Shown here: one piece after another, positions 1 through 9,529 of the stretch
How positions within the stretch are numbered: the first letter of the stretch is position 1
Layout: each line of letters opens with the position of its first letter
From: Alphaproteobacteria bacterium
GTDB taxonomy: Bacteria; Pseudomonadota; Alphaproteobacteria; UBA828
Direction of reading: 5' to 3'
Assembly: GCA_965200925.1 (NCBI GenBank)
Contig: OZ241738.1
Location: 585,774-649,773 of the forward strand
Length of the DNA: 64,000 nt
The notes under the pieces: generated by a model
What the model saw: the letters and a program-made list of their open reading frames with translations, nothing else
Told to the model about the DNA's origin: nothing
Databases searched by the model: none
Translations under genes and position numbers: made by a program

Positions 1-147
1 CCAGGTCGTCGCGACGCCCACGATGGGCCGGCTCATCGCCTGTCGGGAGACCCCCATCGCGTAGAAGAACGACCGGTGGGCGGCACTCTTCGGCCCCTCG
101 GTGATGTGCCTGCTCGGCAGCTTCGACTTGTCGAACTTCGCGCTCAT
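1..147 (-). CDS. IlvD/Edd-family dehydratase, N-terminal 49 codons (gene continues past the left edge)
   Basis: Reverse-strand ATG at 147 is preceded by a GGGGAG Shine-Dalgarno. Translation MSAKFDKSKLPSRHITEGPKSAAHRSFFYAMGVSRQAMSRPIVGVATTW resembles the conserved N-terminus of dihydroxy-acid/phosphogluconate dehydratases. It is absent from the ORF track because the window edge truncates it. Confidence 0.6.
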   Translation of the reverse strand, partial: MSAKFDKSKLPSRHITEGPKSAAHRSFFYAMGVSRQAMSRPIVGVATTW

Positions 148-223
148 CACAATCTCCCCCGGCCCGCCGCCGCCCCGCTTACCCGCCCCGGCCGGTGCCG
201 GTCAAGCCGCGCGCGGGGCCGCC

Positions 224-2887
224 TCACGAAGACGCGGCGATTCGCGCCAGGGCTTCCTCCAGGCGCGCCCGCGCGTCCTGCGCCTCTTGCAAGCGCCCCC
301 GCTGCTCGTCCACGACATGGGCCGGCGCCCGCTCGAGGAAGCGTTCGTCGTCGAGCTTCCTCTCGATGCCGGCCATCCTCCCGTCGAGCCGGCCGATCTC
401 CTTCTCGAGCCGCGCGCGCTCCTTCTCGAATTCGACCACGCCGGCCAGCGGCAGAACGACCGTCGCCTCGTCCAGCACGGCCTGGACGGCGCCGGGCGGC
501 ACGGCGCCGTCCAGCGCCGCGGCTTCGCTCAGGCGGGCGAGCCGCATAATGGCCTCGCGGTGCCGCCGCAGCCGGTCCAGTGTTTCCGGTGCGGCGCCGC
601 GCAGGCCGAGGGCGATGCGCGCTCCCGCCGGCACGTTCATCTCCGCCCGCACGGCGCGGATCGTCGAAATCAGCCGCACAACCCAATCCATCTCGCGGTC
701 GGCCGCGGAGTCGGCGACGCCGGCGCCCGGCGCGGGCCAGGGCGCCGCGACCAAGCTGCCGGCCCGGCTTTCGTCGAGTCTGCCCCACAGCTCCTCGGTG
801 ACGAACGGCATGAACGGATGGAGCAGGCCGAGGATGGTGTCCAGCACCCAGCCGGCGACGGCGCGGGCCTCCCGCCTCTCCGGCCCGTCGGCGCCGCCCA
901 GCGGCGCCTTCGCGAACTCGAGATACCAGTCGCAGAACACGCCCCAGGCGAAGCGATAGACCGCGCCCGCCGCCTCGTTGAATCGATAGGCGTCGAGTGC
1001 GTCGGTGACGGCAGCGGCAGCCCGCGCCGTCTCGCCGACGATCCACCGGTTCGTGACGCTCCGGCAGCCTGCCGGATCGAAGCCGGCGGCGGCTCGGCAT
1101 TCGTTGGCCTCGCAGAACCGCGCGGCGTTCCACAGCTTGGTCGCGAAATTGCGGTAGCCGGCGACGCGGCTCTCGGAGAGCTTGATGTCGCGGCCTTGCG
1201 CCTCCATCACGGCGAGGGTGAAGCGCAGCGCGTCGGCGCCGTATTCGTCCATGAGCGCCAGCGGGTCGATGACGTTGCCCTGGCTCTTGGACATCTTCCG
1301 TCCCGCTTCGTCCCGCACCAGCGCGTGGATGTAGACGGTGCGGAAGGGGACTTCGCCCATGAAGTGGATGCCGAGCATGACCATCCGCGCGACCCAGAAG
1401 AAGATGATGTCGAAGCCGGTGATCATGTCGTCGTTGGGATAGTAGGTCGCCAGCGCCTCCGTGCGCTCCGGCCAGCCGAGGGTGGAGAACGGCCAGAGGG
1501 CGGAGCTGAACCAGGTGTCCAGCACGTCGGGGTCGCGGGCGAGCGCCACCGGCTCGCCGTAATGGCGCGCCGCCGCTTCCTGCGCGCCGGCCTCGTCGGC
1601 GGCGACGAACACCTGGCCGTCGGGGCCGTACCAGGCCGGGATGCGATGGCCCCACCAGAGCTGGCGGGAGATGCACCAGGGCTGGATGTTGCGCATCCAC
1701 TCGAAATAGGTATTCGCCCACCGTTCGGGAACGAAGCGGATGCGGCCGGATTCGACGGCCTCGATTGCGGGGCCGGCGAGGGTCGCGGCGTCGACGTACC
1801 ATTGGTCGGTAAGCCAGGGTTCGATGACCGCGCCCGAACGGTCGCCGACGGGCACCGTGTGCGTGTGGGGCTCGATCTTCTCGATCAGGCCGAGACCCTG
1901 GAGATCGGCGACGATGCGCTCGCGCGCGGCGAAGCGGTCGAGGCCGCGATAGGCTTCGGGCGCGTTCTCGTTCAGCTGGGCGTTCTCGTCGAACAGGTTG
2001 ACGACCTCGAGGTCGTGCCGACGGCCCACCTCGAAATCGTTGAAGTCGTGGGCGGGGGTGATCTTCACCGCGCCCGATCCCTGCTCCGGGTCGGCGTGGG
2101 TGTCGGCCACGATCGGCAGGCGGCGCCCGACCAGCGGCAGGACGGCCGCGCCGCCGACGAGGCCGCTGAGGCGCGGGTCCTCCGGGTGGACGGCCACGGC
2201 GGTGTCGCCCAGCATGGTCTCGGGCCGGGTGGTGGCGACCACGACATGGGCACCCGGCCGGTCTGCGAGGGGATAGCGGATGTGCCAGAGCCTGCCGTCC
2301 GCGACCTCGCGCTGGACGACCTCCAGGTCGGAGATCGCGGTGCGCAGCGCCGGGTCCCAATTGACGAGGCGCTTGTCCCGGTAGATCAGGCCCTGCCGGT
2401 GGAGGGCGACGAAGACCTCGACCACCGCCCGGCTCAGCCCTTCGTCCATGGTGAAGCGGTCTCGCGGCCAGTCGGGCGAGGCGCCGAGGCGGCGCAGCTG
2501 GTGCTGGATCGCGCCGCCCGATTCCGCCTTCCAGGCCCAGATCCGCTCGACGAACGCCTCGCGGCCCATGCGCCGGCGGTCGCTGCCCTCTTCCGCGAGT
2601 TGGCGTTCGACGACCATCTGGGTCGCGATTCCGGCGTGGTCCATGCCGGGCTGCCAGAGCGCGCGGCGGCCGGTCTTGCGGCGGTAGCGGGTCAGCACGT
2701 CCTGCAAGGTGTTGTTGAGCGCGTGGCCCATGTGGAGGCTGCCGGTGACGTTGGGCGGCGGCATCATGACGCAGTAGGGTCGCGCCCCGCCCGCCCCGCC
2801 GGGACGCGCGGCGAACGCGCCGTCGTGCTCCCAGGCTTCGTAGAGTCGGCCTTCGAACTCGGCGGGCCGATAGGTCTTGTCCAGCAT
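224..2887 (-). CDS. valS: Valine--tRNA ligase
   Basis: 887-aa ORF with class I synthetase motifs ([14 protein letters not shown] for HIGH, KMSKS) and a C-terminal coiled-coil typical of ValS. Confidence 0.95.
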   Translation of the reverse strand: MLDKTYRPAEFEGRLYEAWEHDGAFAARPGGAGGARPYCVMMPPPNVTGSLHMGHALNNTLQDVLTRYRRKTGRRALWQPGMDHAGIATQMVVERQLAEEGSDRRRMGREAFVERIWAWKAESGGAIQHQLRRLGASPDWPRDRFTMDEGLSRAVVEVFVALHRQGLIYRDKRLVNWDPALRTAISDLEVVQREVADGRLWHIRYPLADRPGAHVVVATTRPETMLGDTAVAVHPEDPRLSGLVGGAAVLPLVGRRLPIVADTHADPEQGSGAVKITPAHDFNDFEVGRRHDLEVVNLFDENAQLNENAPEAYRGLDRFAARERIVADLQGLGLIEKIEPHTHTVPVGDRSGAVIEPWLTDQWYVDAATLAGPAIEAVESGRIRFVPERWANTYFEWMRNIQPWCISRQLWWGHRIPAWYGPDGQVFVAADEAGAQEAAARHYGEPVALARDPDVLDTWFSSALWPFSTLGWPERTEALATYYPNDDMITGFDIIFFWVARMVMLGIHFMGEVPFRTVYIHALVRDEAGRKMSKSQGNVIDPLALMDEYGADALRFTLAVMEAQGRDIKLSESRVAGYRNFATKLWNAARFCEANECRAAAGFDPAGCRSVTNRWIVGETARAAAAVTDALDAYRFNEAAGAVYRFAWGVFCDWYLEFAKAPLGGADGPERREARAVAGWVLDTILGLLHPFMPFVTEELWGRLDESRAGSLVAAPWPAPGAGVADSAADREMDWVVRLISTIRAVRAEMNVPAGARIALGLRGAAPETLDRLRRHREAIMRLARLSEAAALDGAVPPGAVQAVLDEATVVLPLAGVVEFEKERARLEKEIGRLDGRMAGIERKLDDERFLERAPAHVVDEQRGRLQEAQDARARLEEALARIAASS

Positions 2888-2944
2888 CGTCGTCCGGGAT
2901 TTCGTTCCGTGGGACAGGCGCCGGCTCGGCGGCGGCCGTGCGCC

Positions 2945-3385
2945 CTATCCGGAGCCGGGGCGACGCGCGATACGCGCGATCTCGCCTTGCACGAGGCGCT
3001 CGACGATCCCTGGCAGGTGCGTATCCAGCCATTCCCGAAGCATCGGTCGCAGCATCGCGCGCAGGTGGTCCTCGATGGCCCGATCGTCCGCGTCTGCCGG
3101 CGGCGCGTCCGGGTCCGCGCGCCGGAGCGCCCGGGCGACCTCGGCCTTGACGGAGGGCGACACCAGCGGCGCATCCGGCCAGGGGATCGGCGGCGCGGGG
3201 CTTGCGGGCTGTCCGCTCGCGGCGCTTTCCAACGCGATGACGTTACCTTTTTCGTCCACGACGTCGGTCAGGTCGAGCACGTCATCGTCCCTGGCGGGCG
3301 CACTTCTCTCCTCCGAGACGATCTCGCGAATGGAGGCCATGATTTCCTCCATCGAGGGGTTTTCTCGGGATCCGAGATCAGCCAT
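2945..3385 (-). CDS. popZ: DUF2497 / PopZ-like polar organising protein
   Basis: 146 aa with an acidic, Pro-rich middle. The N-terminal MEEIMASIREIV and C-terminal LRPMLREWLDTHLPGIVERLVQGEIARIAR match the conserved ends of PopZ/DUF2497 proteins. Confidence 0.6.
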   Translation of the reverse strand: MADLGSRENPSMEEIMASIREIVSEERSAPARDDDVLDLTDVVDEKGNVIALESAASGQPASPAPPIPWPDAPLVSPSVKAEVARALRRADPDAPPADADDRAIEDHLRAMLRPMLREWLDTHLPGIVERLVQGEIARIARRPGSG

Positions 3386-3568
3386 GGCCCATCACCACCA
3401 GCCTCGACGTTCGACCTCCGCGCATCCCGCACCCTAGGCCAATCGGTGCACCATTGCCAACCCGCCCTCGGAGAAGGCGCGCGGGCGAGTGTCGTCGCCA
3501 CGGCCTCCCGGCCGAGAGCACATGGAAAACGTCGGACTTCATCGGCGGATTTTCGTGGACGAGCAAGA

Positions 3569-5653
3569 TCACGAAACCGGGGGGGTGGCCCCAGCGGCGG
3601 CCTTTTCCATACGCTCGCGGATGTCGGCCGCGACTTCGAGCACCTCGGCCGGCGCTCGGACGCTCTCGCCGGCGCGCTGGCGCAGGGCGACGACGAGCGG
3701 CGCCAAGGCGTCGGCTTTCTCGTCGTCTTCCGAGAGTATTTCGAGGAGGACGCGCTCGGGAATCCCACCAGCGATCAACGCTGGCACGGTTTCCTGCATG
3801 GCACCCAGCATCGCCCGATCGTCGGGAGCGAACGCAGCGTACGCGAGGCGAAAAGTCTCCAGGGCGTCTTCCGCACGGCCGCTTCTTATTTGCGCCGCGC
3901 CCTTGTTGATGAGCGCCTTGGCGACCAATGCCTGAACTTCCGGTGTATCGTCGTCGCCGAAGTGTTCGATCACTTGGTCGTATGTCGCAACCTCCGCTTC
4001 AGGCTCGCCAAGCTGGCCTTGCGTGAGGCCTTTGAAGATTAATGTCCAGGCGACCTGTGCCCGAGCTTCCGGTGTGCCGTCGCCGCTGAAGCGTTCGATC
4101 ACTTGGTCGTATATCGCGACCGCTGCCTCGGGATCGCCAAGCTGGGCTCGCGCAATGCCCTTGTTGACCAGCGCCCAGGCGACCTGTGCTCGGACTTCCG
4201 GCGTGTTGTCGTCGCCGAAGCGTTCGATCACTTGGTCGTATGTCTCGATCGCCGCTTCGGACTCGCCGCGCTTCACATGCGAAGCCGCCTCTGCCATAAG
4301 CGCCTCGATGTCGATCTCGCTCGTTTCGGCCAAGCTGGGCGGGTGGGCGGTGTTCAGCCGTGCCCCGCCAGGAAAAAAGCCTCCGATGTCCGGCGCCTCG
4401 GCGATCGCCCGCTCGATTCCCTCGCGAATGGTTGCAGACCGTATCGCCTCGGCCCGGAGTGTGCCGGACAGGTCCGCCAGTTCGTCGCGGCCGTAGAAAA
4501 CCGTCATGAAGCGGATCAGAGTTTGCACGACGGCCGCCGCGTCGCGTTCGCGTCGCAGCTTGTAGTAGATGCAATAGAGCCGCTCGGCGGCGGCGTAGCG
4601 CCGCTTGCGGCCGGTTCCTTCCACGGCGATTGCGCCGCGGTCGACGAGCCTGCCGAGCATGGTCGAGACGGTGCGGACGTCCATCCCGGCGCGCGCCGCG
4701 ATCTCGCCGGTGCTCGACGGCCGCCAGAGATCGACCGCCGCCAGATAGACCCGGCGCTCGGTCCTGGCCAGACTCTCCAGATGACCGCGAAAATACTCCG
4801 TGTGGTCATCGATGAGCGTCACCAGCTCTTCCATCAGGCGGCCCAGGGAGCGGTGCCGCGCGAATCCCGCGACGATGACCAGCAGGCGGGGGCTGCCGCC
4901 CGTGAGGATTTGCAAGGCCCTGATTTCGCCGTCGCTCCTCTCGTCGCTGGCGACCGCGTGCCACAGGCGCCGGCAGGCTTCTCTGTCCAGAGGCTCCAGG
5001 GAGATATGCCAGAACAGTTCGAAGAAAGGTTGGCGTGCATCGTCCAGCGCCGCGAAGCGGCTGGTGGCGGTGGCCAGCAGCATGATCCCGGCCTCCGACT
5101 GCAACGCTTGGCGCAGCCCCCAGCCGAAATCGGCATCCGCGGGATCGCAGAGTGCCTGAAGGTTCTCGACCATGAGGACCAGCCGCCTGTCGAGGAGCTC
5201 GGCCGCTTCGAGGACGGCGGCGCGCGCGCGCTCGGACAATTCGCGCTCGCGCCAGCGGGATTTCAGGTCGGCATGGGTATCGCGCAGTTCCTGCGAGAGA
5301 GCCGGGTCGTCGATCTCCTGCGCCAAGTGGAACAGCGCTTCGAGCCAGAAGTCGGCGAGACCGAGGATCTCGTGACTTTCCTCCATGAACCGCACCGGCA
5401 ACAGGTGCTGGGAGAGCGCTTCGTCGGTCCGGATCTCGGCCGCGGCGCGCGCCAGCAGCATGGTCTTGCCCCGGCCGCGTGGCGCGACGACCAGGACATG
5501 CTGGCAGGATGGTGAATCGACGTTTCCCTGGAGAATCTCGATCACCGTCTTGAGTTCGCGGCGCCGGACAACGAATTGTTCGATCACCTCACGGTCGGAC
5601 TGGAACAGCCCGGGATTGAACTTGCGAAGCGTCCGGGCGTTCGGGGCGGTCAT
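3569..5653 (-). CDS. STAND-like AAA+ ATPase with winged-helix and C-terminal TPR repeats (694 aa)
   Basis: Walker A is VVAPRGRGKTML and Walker B-like is RLVLMVENL. A MarR-like wHTH is present (VRTVSTMLGRLVDRGAIAVEGTGRKRRY), followed by three ~43-aa TPR-like repeats. I chose the ATG at 5653 because it overlaps the upstream stop as ATGA; the track ORF begins 19 codons earlier. Confidence 0.75.
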   Translation of the reverse strand: MTAPNARTLRKFNPGLFQSDREVIEQFVVRRRELKTVIEILQGNVDSPSCQHVLVVAPRGRGKTMLLARAAAEIRTDEALSQHLLPVRFMEESHEILGLADFWLEALFHLAQEIDDPALSQELRDTHADLKSRWRERELSERARAAVLEAAELLDRRLVLMVENLQALCDPADADFGWGLRQALQSEAGIMLLATATSRFAALDDARQPFFELFWHISLEPLDREACRRLWHAVASDERSDGEIRALQILTGGSPRLLVIVAGFARHRSLGRLMEELVTLIDDHTEYFRGHLESLARTERRVYLAAVDLWRPSSTGEIAARAGMDVRTVSTMLGRLVDRGAIAVEGTGRKRRYAAAERLYCIYYKLRRERDAAAVVQTLIRFMTVFYGRDELADLSGTLRAEAIRSATIREGIERAIAEAPDIGGFFPGGARLNTAHPPSLAETSEIDIEALMAEAASHVKRGESEAAIETYDQVIERFGDDNTPEVRAQVAWALVNKGIARAQLGDPEAAVAIYDQVIERFSGDGTPEARAQVAWTLIFKGLTQGQLGEPEAEVATYDQVIEHFGDDDTPEVQALVAKALINKGAAQIRSGRAEDALETFRLAYAAFAPDDRAMLGAMQETVPALIAGGIPERVLLEILSEDDEKADALAPLVVALRQRAGESVRAPAEVLEVAADIRERMEKAAAGATPPVS
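3936..4322. repeat. Three tandem ~129-bp coding repeats (TPR units) inside the STAND ATPase
   Basis: The string ttcgatcacttggtcgta recurs at 3965, 4094 and 4223 (period 129 bp). The encoded units are YDQVIERFGDD.TPE.RAQVAW.L..KG......LG.PEA. Confidence 0.8.
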
Positions 5654-6870
5654 CGGGCGGCGTCCCGGCCGGCGAGCGGCACATGGTGATCGCGAAAGCG
5701 CGCCGCCCACCAGTCCTTCAGCAGGCGCGACGGGAAACGATAGCCGTCGGCGCCGGGTTCGAGATAGCCGTCGTGCTCCAGCACGTCGAGCGCCTCCGCG
5801 ACGCGGGCGGGCGCATCCTGGACCAGCGGCGCGTAAGACCGTTCGAGGGCGCGCCGCGCATCGGCGCCGAACACGCCCAGGAGCGCGGCTTCTGCGAGAA
5901 TTTCCATCGCGATCCTGCGGCTTTCGTCGTCCAGAGCGTCCTCCAGGCGGGTCGCGTAATGCAGGAGATCGCTCTGCCCCGACGGCCCGAGGAGCTCCGT
6001 GCGGTAGACCTCGTCAACCTCCGCCGTCGTCACCCGGTCGCGCCCCTGCATCGCGGCGGCTTCCCGCAAACGCGCGAAGAAGGACTGTACGTGGTGCGGA
6101 ATGCCGATGCCGAGAGCGTCGTAGGCTGCTTCGGCAACGCCGTCCTCGACCTGCAAGTCACAACGCGCGGCGAGCCGCTCGAAACAGGCGATGCTCGCGT
6201 CGCGGCTCCAGGGCCCCAGGCGGAAGGGGTCGAGGTAGTTGACGCGGTCGGGAATGCCGAGCCGGGTCACCAGGGGCATGAGCCCGATGCTGCCGGAGAG
6301 GATGACGACCGGAGAGCCGCCTTCCAGCCCCTGGAGCGCGCGTCGCAACCAGCTCAGGAAGTCGTCGACGCGCCGCGCTCCGTCTTTTTCGCGAAGCATG
6401 CGCGTGAGAAGGATCGGCAGTTCGTCGATGACGAGGAGAACCGGCCGCTCGTGCTCGGCGCAGGCGCGGATCAGGCCATCCCCGTGGCGGCGCCAGTTTC
6501 CGGCGTCCAGGCAGGCGCGGAACTTCACACGAAAGTCGAGTACCCCGACCTCCTCGACGCTCCCCCGAACGCCCCTCAGGCCGGCGGTGACACGCGCTGC
6601 GATGGAGCGAACCGGGTGCGCCGCCCGGGCGAGCTCGGCGATCGCGTCCTCCGCGCACGTCGCGTCCTCGACGTCGGCGAAGAGCGTGGTCCAGCCGTCG
6701 CCCGCCAGCCTCCGCCCGAGTTCACGGGCGATGCTGGTCTTCCCCATGCGCCGCTGCCCGGTGAGCAGCGTATGGTTGCCCTCGCGGACTCGCGTTTCCA
6801 GGATGCCCAATTCGGTTTCGCGATCGAAGAAGTCGGCGCCGCTCACCCAGCGGCCGGTGGCCGGTTTCAT
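5650..6870 (-). CDS. ATP-binding protein of the archaeal-type ATPase / DUF234-like family (406 aa)
   Basis: Contains FFDRETELGILE...LLTGQRRMGKTSIAREL (Walker A) and PVLLVIDELPILL (Walker B). The ATG at 6870 is preceded by GAGG. The stop overlaps the start of the next gene (ATGA). Confidence 0.7.
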   Translation of the reverse strand: MKPATGRWVSGADFFDRETELGILETRVREGNHTLLTGQRRMGKTSIARELGRRLAGDGWTTLFADVEDATCAEDAIAELARAAHPVRSIAARVTAGLRGVRGSVEEVGVLDFRVKFRACLDAGNWRRHGDGLIRACAEHERPVLLVIDELPILLTRMLREKDGARRVDDFLSWLRRALQGLEGGSPVVILSGSIGLMPLVTRLGIPDRVNYLDPFRLGPWSRDASIACFERLAARCDLQVEDGVAEAAYDALGIGIPHHVQSFFARLREAAAMQGRDRVTTAEVDEVYRTELLGPSGQSDLLHYATRLEDALDDESRRIAMEILAEAALLGVFGADARRALERSYAPLVQDAPARVAEALDVLEHDGYLEPGADGYRFPSRLLKDWWAARFRDHHVPLAGRDAAR

Positions 6871-6901
6871 GGCCCGCCTCGGAATCAACGGATTTGTCGT
6901 A

Positions 6902-6947
6902 TGATTAGGTATCAACAAATAAGTTGTCAACTATATTGTTGACGACA
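6902..6947 (-). promoter_or_regulatory. Putative promoter plus inverted-repeat operator of the two-ATPase operon
   Basis: This is a sharply AT-rich ~60-bp patch. The minus strand reads GTTGAC(A)-N17-CTAATC (TTGACA at 6930..6925). The arms gttgtcaac (6923-6931) and gttgacgac (6937-6945) form an 8/9 inverted repeat around tatat and overlap the -35. Confidence 0.35.
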
Positions 6948-6993
6948 ATTTTGTGTCGTGCAGGCGGTGCCTCTCTGTTCCCTCCGATTGGCG

Positions 6994-8337
6994 CTAGCGG
7001 GGGCGGAGGGGCGGGAGGCCCAGATTCTCGCGCAGGGTGGGGCCGGCGTAGTCGCGGTGGAAGAGGCCGCGGCGCTGGAGTTCGGGGACGACGAGGCGCG
7101 TCATGTCCTCGTAGGAACCCGGCACGTGGGTCGCGGCGATGACGAAGCCGTCGCAGGCACCGCCTTCGAACCATTCGGCCATGCGGTCGGCGACGGCCGC
7201 CGGCGTGCCCACGAAATGGGGCATTTCGTCCACCGTTCCCCGGCGGCTGTAGGTGACGAAATCCTCGACCGTCGGGTGGGGGTTGCCGCTCAGTGCGACG
7301 ACGCGGTCGCGGATCGCCTGAAGGCCGCCGATGGACGCCATCTCCGCGTCGGTGAAGGGCTCGCCCGCCGGCTTGGCCGCAAAGTCGTAATTGAGCGCTT
7401 CGGACAGCAGCGCCAGGGTGTCGATCGGGCGGGCGAGGCCGGCGACGAACGCGGCCTTGTCCTCTGCCGCCGCCTGCGTCTCCGCCACCGTCACGTAGAT
7501 CGCCGGGGTCAGGCGCCAGGCGTCGGGGTCGCGCCCGGCTTCCACGGCGGCTGTGCGGGTCGCCGCGTAGGCGCGTTGGCCGAATTCGAGGGTCGGGAAG
7601 ATCGCGAAGATCACCTCGGCCCAGCGCGCCGCGAAGCGCCGCCCCCGCCCGCTCTGGCCCGCCTGGATCACCACCGGCCGCCCCTGGGGCGTGCGCGGCA
7701 CGGTGAACGGCCCGCGCGAGCGCAGGAAGCGGCCCCGGTGGTCGAGGCGGCGCACCTTGGCCGGGTCGGCGAAGACCCCGCCCTCCCTGTCGAGGAGGAT
7801 CGCGTCGTCGTCCCACGAATCCCAGTGGCCCAGCACCACCTCCATGAACTCGTCGGCGCGGTCGTAGCGTTCGTCATGCGCGCCCGCCGACTCGGCGCCG
7901 TAATTCGCGGCCTCGGAATCGTTGAGCGAGGTGACGACGTTCCAGGCCGCCCGCCCGCCGCTCATGTGGTCGAGGGTCGAGAAGGTGCGGGCGACGTGGA
8001 ACGGCGGGTAATAGGTGGTGGAGCAGGTGGCGCCGAGGCCGATCCGCCCGGTCGCCGCGGCCATGATCGACAGCACCGGAATCGGGTCCATCTTCACCAC
8101 CCGCACGCCGTTCCGCACTGCCTCCGCGTGGGTGCCGCCGTAGATGTCCGGCAGCGCCAGCCTGTCGTCGAAGAAGGCGAGATGGAACTTGCCGGCCTCC
8201 AGGACCTCGGCGATCCGCCGGTAGTAGCCGGCGGAGAGGAAGTCGCCGGCCGCTTCCGGATGGCGCCAGGAGGCGGTGTAGTTGGAGCAGTTCTGCGCCT
8301 GGAGGAAGCCCACCAGCACCATGCGCCGCTCGCTCAT
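6994..8337 (-). CDS. LLM-class flavin-dependent monooxygenase (NtaA/SnaA/DszA family)
   Basis: 447 aa. The N-terminus MVLVGFLQAQNCSNYTASWRHPE and overall layout are typical of the nitrilotriacetate-monooxygenase component A family. Confidence 0.85.
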   Translation of the reverse strand: MSERRMVLVGFLQAQNCSNYTASWRHPEAAGDFLSAGYYRRIAEVLEAGKFHLAFFDDRLALPDIYGGTHAEAVRNGVRVVKMDPIPVLSIMAAATGRIGLGATCSTTYYPPFHVARTFSTLDHMSGGRAAWNVVTSLNDSEAANYGAESAGAHDERYDRADEFMEVVLGHWDSWDDDAILLDREGGVFADPAKVRRLDHRGRFLRSRGPFTVPRTPQGRPVVIQAGQSGRGRRFAARWAEVIFAIFPTLEFGQRAYAATRTAAVEAGRDPDAWRLTPAIYVTVAETQAAAEDKAAFVAGLARPIDTLALLSEALNYDFAAKPAGEPFTDAEMASIGGLQAIRDRVVALSGNPHPTVEDFVTYSRRGTVDEMPHFVGTPAAVADRMAEWFEGGACDGFVIAATHVPGSYEDMTRLVVPELQRRGLFHRDYAGPTLRENLGLPPLRPR

Positions 8338-8362
8338 GCCGTCCTCCGCCGCCGTGCCGCCG

Positions 8363-9529
8363 TCATTTGTACGGGTCCGCCGCGTCGCGCAACCCGTCGC
8401 CCAGGAAGTTGAAGGCGAGGACCACCAGGATCACCGGGACCACGGGCAGCATGAGCCACGGGTAGAGCGCGACGGCGTTGATGTTCTGCGCCTCGTTCAG
8501 CAGTACTCCCCAGCTGGTGATCGGCGGCCGCAGGCCGAGCCCGAGGAAGGAGAGCGCCGTCTCCCCCAGGATCATCGAGGGGATGGACAGCGTGGCCGAG
8601 GCGATGAGGTGGCTCATGAAGCTCGGCACCAGATGGCGCCCGACGATGCGGGCGGGGCGGGCGCCCATGAGCATCGCGGCGGTCGCGAAATCCTCCTCGC
8701 GCAGCGCCAGCAGCTTCGAGCGCACGGCGCGGGCGAGGCCGGTCCAGTCGATCAGCCCGAGGATGATGGTGATCCCGAAATAGACCACGATCGGCGACCA
8801 CGTGACCGGCAGGGCCGCCGACAGCGCCATCCACAGCGGCAGTTCGGGGAAGGACCGGATCACCTCGATGACGCGCTGCACGATCGCGTCCACCCAGCCG
8901 CCATAATAGCCGGAGAGGCCGCCCAGCACGAGGCCGAGAAGGAAGCTGATGGCGATGCCGAACAGCCCCACCGTGAGCGAGATGCGCGCACCGTAGATGA
9001 TGCGCGAGAGGATGTCGCGGCCGAGCCGGTCCGTCCCCAGCAGGAAGAGCGTCCCGCCCTCCGCGGGGCAGACGAAATGGAAGCGCAGCTCCACGAGGCC
9101 CCAGAACTCGTAGGCATCGCCCAAGCAGAACCAGCGGAGGGTATGGATACGGCTTTCGTCCCGGACGTAGACCCGTTGCAGCGTGTCCATGTCGAGCGCG
9201 TAGGAGAAGCCGTAGACGAAGGGCGCACGCAATTCGCCGTCGTGGAAGAGCTGGACGGCCTGCGGCGGGGCGTAGATCGAATCCGTATGGCGGGAGTGGA
9301 GGCCGTAGGGCGCCAGAAACTCACTGACGAGGATGGTGGCGTAGAGGACGAGCAGAAAAATCCCGGCGGCGACGGCGACGCGGTGGCGCTTGAGCTTCCA
9401 CCACATCATGCGCCACTGGGACGCCATGTAGAAGCGCTCCTGCTCGGGCGTGAGCGCCTCCGCCGCACCGGGGTCGAACGGCGCGCGCGAGACGTAGTGC
9501 TTGAGCCGCCCGCCTTCCCGTTCCGTCAT
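8363..9529 (-). CDS. ABC peptide-type transporter permease (YejE/DppC-like, 388 aa)
   Basis: The C-terminal part of the 744-aa track ORF holds the real product from MTEREGG. It has a BPD-transporter EAA region (LGARPARIVGRHLVPS) and multiple TM segments. The ATG at 9529 overlaps the upstream stop (ATGA). Confidence 0.85.
   Translation of the reverse strand: MTEREGGRLKHYVSRAPFDPGAAEALTPEQERFYMASQWRMMWWKLKRHRVAVAAGIFLLVLYATILVSEFLAPYGLHSRHTDSIYAPPQAVQLFHDGELRAPFVYGFSYALDMDTLQRVYVRDESRIHTLRWFCLGDAYEFWGLVELRFHFVCPAEGGTLFLLGTDRLGRDILSRIIYGARISLTVGLFGIAISFLLGLVLGGLSGYYGGWVDAIVQRVIEVIRSFPELPLWMALSAALPVTWSPIVVYFGITIILGLIDWTGLARAVRSKLLALREEDFATAAMLMGARPARIVGRHLVPSFMSHLIASATLSIPSMILGETALSFLGLGLRPPITSWGVLLNEAQNINAVALYPWLMLPVVPVILVVLAFNFLGDGLRDAADPYK

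Noticed and set aside
101-4042. 1313-aa ORF on the plus strand (and the 961-aa ORF 147..3032 on the minus strand) overlapping valS
   Set aside because: It is antisense or out of frame to an unmistakable valS. The translations are Arg/Ala/Pro/Gly-rich low-complexity sequence with no motifs. Stop-codon-free alternative frames like this are typical of high-GC DNA.
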